From Bacillota bacterium (GTDB taxonomy: Bacteria > Bacillota > Limnochordia > Darwinibacteriales > Darwinibacteriaceae), in the NCBI GenBank assembly GCA_012520355.1, contig JAAYOK010000132.1, positions 1 through 45,421 on the forward strand: a DNA stretch of 45,421 bases, read 5' to 3'. Below the pieces are notes generated by a model. It ran no database searches. It was not told the DNA's origin and saw only the letters and a list, made by a program, of their open reading frames with translations. Position numbers and translations under genes: made by a program. Position 1 is the first letter of the stretch, and each line of letters starts with the position of its first letter. Positions 38,120 through 45,421 of this stretch are shown piece after piece.

Positions 38120-40566
38120 TAAGACCCTACCTCCTTTCGGCAAATCCCCTGGAAGGGACAAAAACTACATACTCTGGAACTGGCTGGTTCAATGGGAAAC
38201 TCCCCCTCCAAGATACGTTGAATCTGGGTTTGCAAGATCTGCGAGAAGGTCTCCTGTTGCTCTTGAAAGCCAGCTTCATCCAGGACATTCTTTCCCCGGG
38301 TGACAGCGAGTGTTTTAGCATAGTCCACCTGGAAAATGCCCTTGCGACTACGATCACCAATGACATAGTAAGCGGCCCCTACATTGGTACCCTGCGGCAA
38401 GATATTGTGCGCGGCCAAGAGATAGACTGCGATCTGAACATCTTTACCCTCTAACATGGCCTTAATTTGGGGGGCTGTGCCAGTCTTATAGTCATAAAGA
38501 ACGTAAGCCCCATCAGCATTTATATCGATCCGGTCGATACGGCCCCTGAGGCTGACAGGTCCAAACGAAGTTTCGATCACTAAACCTTGGAACCACTTTT
38601 CTAGATACTTGGGCCGAAAGCCCCCCTGGGCCAAGTTTAGATCATGGCGGATAAAGTTCCGCAAATCCCTGAGAAGCGCCTTAGAAGGTTGGGCCCCAAT
38701 CTTGGCATACTCCCTCCGGAGTAAACCTTCCATCTTGGCTTGTCCATCCTCAATGGTGGGTAGCGCTCCCTCTAGATGCTCTTCCCAAAAGGCTTGCAGC
38801 GCTTGGTGTATGCAGTTGCCATGATCTCGGGCATCGAGCTCTAAGGAGACCTCCTCATCGTCTGCTACACCTAAGACAGAGCTACAGAAGAACTGATAGG
38901 GACAGTTTGCATAGCGATTTAACTGAGAAACAGTCAACCCTTCCTTGAGGACGCGCTGCCTCCATTGGTGAAGAAGTTGCTCATCTCGCAAAAATCCGCT
39001 ACCAAAAAAGAGAGACGGTTGATGCTCGCCCTCTGGTGACAAGCTCCTGGTCTCACCTTCCACACGGGGCAAGATGGTGGCTGGTAAATTCAGTTTCCCT
39101 TCCCGATCCACCTCGGGATAGAAGAGGTGGAGATGCTTCGTGCCGATTTGTAGCCCCTCATAGAGCTGGGCTGCTACCACATTGGGCCGAGTCTTCGTCA
39201 ACCAGTGGGCACCTTTGTGGGGTGGAAATTGCCCTTCCACCAAACCACCGACATAGAGATGCTCATAGGTATAGGCCCCAATTTGCTCTACACCCATCAC
39301 CTGCACTCGTTCGGCAAAAACCCGCCTCCCCTGAATCTTGTAGTTGCCTAGAAGACTTCCCAGGAGTTTAACAAACTGTTCCGGGCTGATGCTCCACTGG
39401 AAATCCCTGAGACTTGAGGCAAGGGTCTGCATTCCGTCCCAGGCTTTCATAAGCTCAGCCCAGTTCTCCAAGTCATCCTCGGGCAAGACCCAGCGCTCGG
39501 GCAGAAGCTCAGCAAGGAAAGCTTCTAGCCAAGCGCCATAGGCGGCCAGGGGCTGGGTGACGAGTTCACTGGTGGCCTCCGTTATGATGGCCAAGAGGGC
39601 CTCCCAGCCAGGGTGGGAGCCTAGATACTCGCGCCAGGCGGGTAGTCCCTTGAGTGGCGGCGCCAAGCGGAGGAGACGATGTTCCTCAGCCGTCAATCCA
39701 GAGGGAAATCCCCAGCCAGGGGCTGTGAGCAGTTCTAGGTGATGCTTCTGCCAACCTTGTAGTTCAGCTGAAACAAGGGTGAGGAGAGTCTTCCCCAATG
39801 GAGTATTACCCAGACTCACCTCGGGCGTACGCCAAGGAATTCTCAGCTTAGCAAAAACTGGAATCAAGATGGGAAGATATTGGGCCAGGTTTGGAAAAGC
39901 GACGCCTAGTTGGTCCAGGGATAAACCAGATTCAATATCCCGCCTGAGCGCCTGACCAATCATCTCCACTTCCCCCACGGGATCTTTAGCCTTCTGCACC
40001 GCAATGGATGTAGCAGGGATTTCCGGCCAAAGGATCTCCAACTGGCGTCCCTGAGCGAGGGAATGGATGAGTTCTTGTTCTAAAGGACTTAGTTCGGTGT
40101 GGCCCTGGACGATAATTTTTTCCACACCGGCAAGCACTGGGGTTTGTTTTATGAGCTCCAGACTCCGTCTGATTTGACCTGGAGCACTAAGAATCCCCTT
40201 CTCCGCCAGGATCTCTTGGTACGCACCATGGAGCATCACTAATTCATCCCGGCCTTCCTGGGGCATCGCAGAGAAAAGCTCCTCACCGAGATCCATTTGG
40301 CGAAAGAGGGATTTCAGTTCTTGCTTAAACCCTGGATAGTGGGAAATAGGGGCAAAGTAACGCAAATCAGCAGCATGCATCTGCACACTCTGCCAGATGG
40401 CCACCTCTTCTAAGACCCGATCCTCTTTATAAGAAACAAGACCCTCTTTGAGGATCTGGGCAACCAACCCCGGCATAGTGGTGACCTGAGCAGAGCTATC
40501 TGCCTGGGATACACTACGCCTAAAGTTGCGTAGATAATAGCTGGGAACAATATATAAGCAAGTCAT
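38119..40566 (-). CDS. addB: AddB/RexB-type nuclease subunit, short form without Walker A
   Basis: C-terminal RecB-type nuclease (GRIDRIDI...YVLYDYKTG) with a C...CSFCPFQGIC Fe-S motif. Lies upstream of and overlaps addA. 815 aa. No GxxGxGK(S/T) in the N-terminus. Confidence 0.84.
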   Translation of the reverse strand: MTCLYIVPSYYLRNFRRSVSQADSSAQVTTMPGLVAQILKEGLVSYKEDRVLEEVAIWQSVQMHAADLRYFAPISHYPGFKQELKSLFRQMDLGEELFSAMPQEGRDELVMLHGAYQEILAEKGILSAPGQIRRSLELIKQTPVLAGVEKIIVQGHTELSPLEQELIHSLAQGRQLEILWPEIPATSIAVQKAKDPVGEVEMIGQALRRDIESGLSLDQLGVAFPNLAQYLPILIPVFAKLRIPWRTPEVSLGNTPLGKTLLTLVSAELQGWQKHHLELLTAPGWGFPSGLTAEEHRLLRLAPPLKGLPAWREYLGSHPGWEALLAIITEATSELVTQPLAAYGAWLEAFLAELLPERWVLPEDDLENWAELMKAWDGMQTLASSLRDFQWSISPEQFVKLLGSLLGNYKIQGRRVFAERVQVMGVEQIGAYTYEHLYVGGLVEGQFPPHKGAHWLTKTRPNVVAAQLYEGLQIGTKHLHLFYPEVDREGKLNLPATILPRVEGETRSLSPEGEHQPSLFFGSGFLRDEQLLHQWRQRVLKEGLTVSQLNRYANCPYQFFCSSVLGVADDEEVSLELDARDHGNCIHQALQAFWEEHLEGALPTIEDGQAKMEGLLRREYAKIGAQPSKALLRDLRNFIRHDLNLAQGGFRPKYLEKWFQGLVIETSFGPVSLRGRIDRIDINADGAYVLYDYKTGTAPQIKAMLEGKDVQIAVYLLAAHNILPQGTNVGAAYYVIGDRSRKGIFQVDYAKTLAVTRGKNVLDEAGFQEQQETFSQILQTQIQRILEGEFPIEPASSRVCSFCPFQGICRKEVGS

Positions 40567-40578
40567 GGCTTCGCCCCC

Positions 40579-41400
40579 CTATAATAAGAGCTCTTCAATG
40601 ATCTGAGCCACTCCCTCCTGGTCATGGGATGGTGCGATCCGCGCGGCCTTATCCTTCAGCTGACTCGAGCCATTTTCCATGGCCACTCCCATACCGGCCC
40701 AGGCAATCATCTCCAAATCATTAATATTATCACCAATGGCGATCACTTCGGCGGCAGTAATCCCAAGCTTCTCCGCGACCTGGGCCAAGCCTGTTCCTTT
40801 ACTGCATCCTAGGGGGAGTAGCTCAATGCCAAGCCAGATATTTCTCTTGGTCCTAAAGGATAGAGCAGTGAGGGATCCTCCATACTGGCGTTGAAACCCG
40901 GTAAAGAAACGATCCACCCTGCTTGTTTCGTCAATAATGGAAATTCGGATGGGGGATGCGGTGAGCGTAACTGGTTCCACAAACTCGACCCGCTCACCTA
41001 GATAGAGACTCAGGAGGTCTTCTGGTTCGTTCCAGCTCCCCACAGGGGCAACCACCCGTTCTCCGCCACTTTCACCCATGTAGACGATGTAATTAATCCC
41101 TTGTTGTTCAAGCTTGTCCACCAGATCTAAGGCCAAAGCGAGCTCGATACCCCTTTGAAATAGGATCTCGTTTTGGACTGGTTCGTAGATCACCGCTCCG
41201 TTATGAACGACCACGGGGGCTGTGAGCTCCAGTTCTTTGACCAGGTTCAACGTATTGGTGAGCCTGCGTCCTGTGGCCAAGACCACTTGAATTCCCCGGG
41301 CTTGAGCTTCAACGATAGCCCCCTTGGTTCTGTCTGTGAGCTTCGATTCACTGTTTAGAAGCGTTCCATCAATATCTAAAGCTAAAAGTCTGTATTTCAT
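40579..41400 (-). CDS. Cof-type HAD-IIB phosphatase
   Basis: LALDIDGTLL and GDNINDLEM motifs. ATG 41400 (MKYRLLALD) with GAGGTG SD. Confidence 0.87.
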   Translation of the reverse strand: MKYRLLALDIDGTLLNSESKLTDRTKGAIVEAQARGIQVVLATGRRLTNTLNLVKELELTAPVVVHNGAVIYEPVQNEILFQRGIELALALDLVDKLEQQGINYIVYMGESGGERVVAPVGSWNEPEDLLSLYLGERVEFVEPVTLTASPIRISIIDETSRVDRFFTGFQRQYGGSLTALSFRTKRNIWLGIELLPLGCSKGTGLAQVAEKLGITAAEVIAIGDNINDLEMIAWAGMGVAMENGSSQLKDKAARIAPSHDQEGVAQIIEELLL

Positions 41401-41416
41401 TATGCACCTCTTGATC

Positions 41417-43666
41417 CTAGAGCCAGATGGATACCTCATCGCGGTCCATCAAATCGATACATTCACGGAGCCGAGCACCTAAATGGGGATCATCGGTTGT
41501 GGCGTTGCGGACCTGTCGCAAAAGGTCAATGCCGCGGCGGAAGGCATACACCAGATCACCTTCATCAATGGACGAAGCTTCGAGCAGTGTGGTAAACTTC
41601 TCCCCATTACTCCAGCGATAAGCCAGGGCGGCCACATGATCATTAAACTGGACAGTGGAAAAGCCGATCATGCGCTGTTCCAACTTGGTCAGAGAGTGCC
41701 AGAGCCTGTAGACAGGTGTCAGATCGATCTTGTGTTTAATCCGATACTCGTTTTTCCTGGGTTCGTAACCCACTGCAACTAAGGCTGCATTGAGTTCGGC
41801 AGGGCTATAGGAATGGAAGAGTCCTTCCATGAACATTTCGGTAATCAGAAGCTCATTGCCATGAATCTGGCTCGCCAAGAGACCGGCCGTGGTCAGCTGA
41901 TCCTCTTCCAGATAGCCAAGGGCCTCCAAGAGTGCCTTTTTATCGGAAAATTCCTCAATATACTTTTGGTGAGGATCGAGGGCTTGTTCCCGATAGATTA
42001 AGCGCTCATAGGCAGCGAGCTTTCGTCTAAAGCGGCGATGTTCTTTCCGTAGCGATTGACGGTCACGCTTGGGATGCTGCCGGTAGAAAGCACTGTCTAG
42101 ACGCTGCAAGAGGGCACGCAGATCCCTTTTCAGCCCTTGCTTGGTTCGCTTGTTATACGAGGTGGCTAAACGCCGCTCTAGGTCGATTTTTTTGCGAAGT
42201 AAACGCCGCAGAGCATCGGCGCCCTTGAGATGTTTTGCATAGGGAGCCAGCTCTTCACCTAACAGTTCGAGCTTAACCAATACCCCCTGACGCTCCGCGG
42301 AAGCTTGGTAGGTAGCGAAGTTCTGGCCCAAGATCCGATGGATATCTTCCTCTCCATAGTTCTTTACTAGGTTGAGAATGGAATTGTACGTCAAAGCAAA
42401 TTGGCTCTTGAGGGGTTCAATTTCCGCCTCTTTCATGCTGGGAAATTGACTGGGATCGAAATAATTGAGATCGACGAGGGTGAAAACATAGCCCTCTTCG
42501 TCAATACCCCGCCGGCCGGCCCTGCCAGCCATTTGAAAATACTCTCGATTGGAGATGGGTCTGAAGCTAACCCCATCCCATTTCGTGCTGGAGTCAAAGC
42601 AAACGGTCTTACAAGGGAAGTTGAGACCCACTGCAAAGGTTTCTGTGCAATAAAGGACCGAAATTAAGCGATGGGTAAAGAGCTCCTCCACGATGTCCTT
42701 TAAGACCGGAAGCATCCCCGCGTGGTGGTAGGCGATTCCCTTCATGAGCAGCCTGCGCAAATGGGGCCAACGCCCACTTTCGATGTTGGGATATCGCTTG
42801 AGGACTTCCTCAATAATGGCTTGAACCTGAGCCTTTTGCCCCTTATCCAAAAAATCCTGTTCTTCCCCTAAGGCTAGGGCATTACTTTCGCATTTGCGGC
42901 GACTAAAGGTAAAGAAAAGGCAGGGCAGATACTGATCCTTAATGGCATTAACCAGATCTAAATGCGTCGTAGTCGGTACATCAGGACGCCCGTCAATACT
43001 TTCCCCCACCAGTCTACGATACTTCTTCTGCACTTGTTGCATCGTGGTAAAACCCATGGAACGCTCATAAAGGGCGTGTTTGAGGGGCACTACGCGTTCG
43101 AAATGGGTTACAACTTCAACCTCAGGACTGGACTCCTGGACTTCCTCAATCCAGTTGGCCAATTCATCCACATTGGGAATGGTGGCACTCAGACCCAAAA
43201 AGCGCATGGAGGGGGGCATAAAGATGAGACTTTCTTCCCAAACACTTCCCCGCTCCGGATCGTCAATGTAATGTACTTCGTCGAAAATCACATAGCGAAC
43301 ATCCCGCACTCGCTCTGGGTCTTCTTGGAGCATATTGCGGAAAATCTCTGTGGTCATAATCAGAATCGGGGCATCGGGATTCACAACCACGTCCCCGGTT
43401 AAAATTCCCATGGCCTCAGGGCCCACTAGGGCCTTAAACTCCCTGTATTTTTGATTGCTCAGCGCTTTAATGGGCGCGGTATAAACGACACGCCCTCCGG
43501 CGCGATAGATCGTTTCAATAATGTAGTCAGCAATCAGGGTCTTCCCTACACCGGTGGGTGCGGCCACCAAGACAGACTTATTCTGATCGATAAAATCCAC
43601 AGCTTGAGCTTGAAAGGGATCTAAAGTGAAACCGCGATATTTTCGAGTGGTTGTTTCCGTAGTCAA
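41417..43666 (-). CDS. Ski2-like (HelY-type) DExH helicase with DSHCT-like C-terminal domain
   Basis: Motif I AAPTGVGKT, II FDEVHY, III SAT, VI QMAGRAGRRG. The C-terminus EGDLVYAFRRGIDLLRQVRNA...ECIDLMDRDEV resembles DSHCT. TTG start at 43666 with AGGAGG 6 nt upstream. Confidence 0.88.
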   Translation of the reverse strand: MTTETTTRKYRGFTLDPFQAQAVDFIDQNKSVLVAAPTGVGKTLIADYIIETIYRAGGRVVYTAPIKALSNQKYREFKALVGPEAMGILTGDVVVNPDAPILIMTTEIFRNMLQEDPERVRDVRYVIFDEVHYIDDPERGSVWEESLIFMPPSMRFLGLSATIPNVDELANWIEEVQESSPEVEVVTHFERVVPLKHALYERSMGFTTMQQVQKKYRRLVGESIDGRPDVPTTTHLDLVNAIKDQYLPCLFFTFSRRKCESNALALGEEQDFLDKGQKAQVQAIIEEVLKRYPNIESGRWPHLRRLLMKGIAYHHAGMLPVLKDIVEELFTHRLISVLYCTETFAVGLNFPCKTVCFDSSTKWDGVSFRPISNREYFQMAGRAGRRGIDEEGYVFTLVDLNYFDPSQFPSMKEAEIEPLKSQFALTYNSILNLVKNYGEEDIHRILGQNFATYQASAERQGVLVKLELLGEELAPYAKHLKGADALRRLLRKKIDLERRLATSYNKRTKQGLKRDLRALLQRLDSAFYRQHPKRDRQSLRKEHRRFRRKLAAYERLIYREQALDPHQKYIEEFSDKKALLEALGYLEEDQLTTAGLLASQIHGNELLITEMFMEGLFHSYSPAELNAALVAVGYEPRKNEYRIKHKIDLTPVYRLWHSLTKLEQRMIGFSTVQFNDHVAALAYRWSNGEKFTTLLEASSIDEGDLVYAFRRGIDLLRQVRNATTDDPHLGARLRECIDLMDRDEVSIWL

Positions 43667-43730
43667 GGGATGCCTCCTTCTTTATCGAGCATGCTCGTTA
43701 CCTTTTCCTTATGGTTTCCCATCTTCAGAG

Positions 43731-43765
43731 AAAAAGACGGGGCTACCCCAAGGAGTAACTCCCGT
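43731..43765 (-). terminator. candidate terminator after rbsK
   Basis: A GC-rich structure on the minus strand (ACGGGAG..CUCC..GGGGUAGCCCCGU) followed by CUUUUUCUCU, about 12 nt after the rbsK stop. Confidence 0.45.
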
Positions 43766-43777
43766 ACAGCTACCGAA

Positions 43778-44698
43778 TCATTGGCCTAAGAACGCTAGAA
43801 CCTCTTCGGCCTTGGGAATAGACGGCTGAGCACCATGGCGAGTGACCGACAAGGCAGCAGCTGCATTGGCATAGCGGGCCGCCTCCACGAGACTCCGTCC
43901 GGAGCCGATTAAAGCCGCCAAAGCCCCGGTAAAGGTATCCCCTGCCGCCACCGTATCCACCACCTTGACCTGGTGGGCTGGCAGGTGAAATTCATCGGCT
44001 AAGGTAAGTCCGTAGACTCCCTGGGAACCAAGGGTGATGAGAACGGCTAGAACACCCCGATCCAAAAGGATTTGAGCTGCTTTGCGTGCCGAAGGAACAT
44101 CTGTCACTTCAACACCGGTAAGGAGCTTCGCCTCACTCTCGTTGGGCGTAATCACCGTGATATGTGGGTATATGTCTAAGGGCAGGGCCTGGGCTGGTGC
44201 TGGATTCAAGACCACCTTGGCCCCCTGGCGATTGGCTGAACGGATAGCAGCCAGTACTGCAGGCAGAGGGATCTCCAGCTGAATCGCAACACAAGCGCAT
44301 TCAGCCATCACTGGTTCGAGTGCTTCGATGTCCCGCAGACTTACCTGTCCATTGGCACCTGGCACAACCATAATCCGGTTATTGCCCGTTTCATCCACGA
44401 GAATCGAAGCGATGCCCGATGGCTGTTCTTCATCCATCACCAAATAATCGGTGTTAATTCCTTCCTCGGCCAACCGTTTCATTTGATCATGTCCAAAATC
44501 ATCTTGGCCGACTCGTCCGGCCATAATGGTTTCGATTCCTTGCCTGGACACAGCCACTGCCTGATTGGCGCCCTTACCTCCGAAGAAGCGGTGGAAGGAG
44601 TTCGCTAGGATCGTTTCTCCCTCCAGGGGAACCCTAGGTGTATGTACGACTAGATCGATATTAAGACTTCCAATGACTAAAACTCGTCTTCGCTGCAT
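43778..44698 (-). CDS. rbsK: ribokinase
   Basis: [10 protein letters not shown] and [13 protein letters not shown] motifs, 306 aa, ATG 44698. Confidence 0.93.
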   Translation of the reverse strand: MQRRRVLVIGSLNIDLVVHTPRVPLEGETILANSFHRFFGGKGANQAVAVSRQGIETIMAGRVGQDDFGHDQMKRLAEEGINTDYLVMDEEQPSGIASILVDETGNNRIMVVPGANGQVSLRDIEALEPVMAECACVAIQLEIPLPAVLAAIRSANRQGAKVVLNPAPAQALPLDIYPHITVITPNESEAKLLTGVEVTDVPSARKAAQILLDRGVLAVLITLGSQGVYGLTLADEFHLPAHQVKVVDTVAAGDTFTGALAALIGSGRSLVEAARYANAAAALSVTRHGAQPSIPKAEEVLAFLGQ

Positions 44699-44766
44699 CC
44701 TGAAAACCCCCTTTTCTTATGTTTTCGGGATCTAGCTGTAACTTCCTGCATTGCCGCAGCGACTTA

Positions 44767-44775
44767 TGGTACAAT
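44767..44775 (+). promoter_or_regulatory. extended -10 element upstream of selO
   Basis: TGgTACAAT lies 57 nt before the selO ATG. No convincing -35 is present at 17-nt spacing. Confidence 0.35.
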
Positions 44776-44831
44776 ATGGGCGACAGAATAGTGCCCACCA
44801 GGTACGGAATACTAAACTCGGGAGGTAGCCT

Positions 44832-45421
44832 ATGCAAAATGACTTCGGTTTCAACTTTGATAACTCCTATGCCCGTTTACCCGAGTCTTTTTTCTCTCTT
44901 CAGGAACCCACGAGCCTGAAAAGTCCGAAATTGGTCTTGTTCAATGAGAAACTAGCGAGCCTTTTGGGCCTTTCCACTGAGGCTCTAAAGTCGGCTACTG
45001 GGGTCCAAATCTTATCAGGTGCCACCAAGGCCCCTGGCGGCATCTTGCTGGCCCAAGCCTATGCAGGACATCAGTTTAGCCATTTCACCATGCTCGGTGA
45101 TGGACGGGCGGTAACCATTGGAGAGCAGATTACCCCCACAGGCCAACGCTATGATCTTCAGCTCAAGGGGTCAGGCAGAACACCCTACTCTAGAGGTGGC
45201 GATGGAAAAGCGACCTTAGGTCCCATGCTCAGAGAATACTTGATCAGTGAGGCCATGGCTGGTCTCAAGATCCCTACAACGAGGAGCTTGGCCGTAGTGA
45301 CCACAGGGGAAGAGGTCTACCGGGAGAGGTTATTACCAGGGGCGATCTTAACGAGGGTGGCCAAAAGTCATCTTAGGGTGGGCACGTTCCAGTATGCTGC
45401 CAGTCGAGGAAATGATCAGGA
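44832..45421 (+). CDS. selO: protein adenylyltransferase SelO (YdiU/UPF0061), 3'-truncated by window end
   Basis: Absent from the ORF track because it is open-ended. ATG 44832 with GGAGG 6 nt upstream. Translation [21 protein letters not shown]...[20 protein letters not shown]...[32 protein letters not shown]. Confidence 0.9.
   Translation, partial: MQNDFGFNFDNSYARLPESFFSLQEPTSLKSPKLVLFNEKLASLLGLSTEALKSATGVQILSGATKAPGGILLAQAYAGHQFSHFTMLGDGRAVTIGEQITPTGQRYDLQLKGSGRTPYSRGGDGKATLGPMLREYLISEAMAGLKIPTTRSLAVVTTGEEVYRERLLPGAILTRVAKSHLRVGTFQYAASRGNDQ

Noticed and set aside
43736-43765. Cloverleaf-looking nested hairpins downstream of rbsK as a possible tRNA-like or small RNA gene.
   Set aside because: It is about 30 nt, far too short for a tRNA, and has no anticodon-arm or T-arm features. 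A terminator is the simpler reading.

Overview
Dense, almost entirely minus-strand (41 of 45 CDS) core-genome segment of a Bacillota-type, probably endospore-forming bacterium. The lineage call rests on cggR-gap-pgk-tpiA-gpmI-eno, cdaA-cdaR-glmM, addBA, cwlD, glpP and yvcK/whiA. In descending coordinates the minus strand carries: rbsK; a Ski2-like helicase, Cof phosphatase, addB, addA, two M16 peptidases and 5-formyl-THF cyclo-ligase; glpK-glpP-deoC; a LolA-like/TPR protein, a methyltransferase and cwlD; a flavodoxin-like protein; a class V aminotransferase with cdaA-cdaR-glmM-acpS-nnr-alr; an envelope protein with DnaD-like and DnaI-like genes; nagA-nagB-yvcK-vanW-whiA; the glycolytic operon; and an AraR-like regulator with a sugar-binding protein. 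The plus strand carries only an amino-acid ABC binding protein plus permease and a 3'-truncated selO. Many ORF-track starts are over-extended (the track accepts GTG/TTG), so I re-set them using SD sequences read from the DNA. I found no rRNA, tRNA, CRISPR array, transposase, integrase or recognisable defence genes, and non-coding gaps are too short for riboswitches. I do not see a clear-cut novel system; this looks like an ordinary housekeeping region. The best second-look candidates are: (i) a translationally coupled envelope-protein/DnaD/DnaI trio; (ii) a helicase-Cof-addBA block where both Add subunits carry Fe-S-type Cys motifs and AddB lacks a P-loop; (iii) nagAB joined to a membrane-anchored yvcK, a VanW gene and whiA, with no rapZ; (iv) an SD-sequestering hairpin in front of glpK, with glpP downstream.
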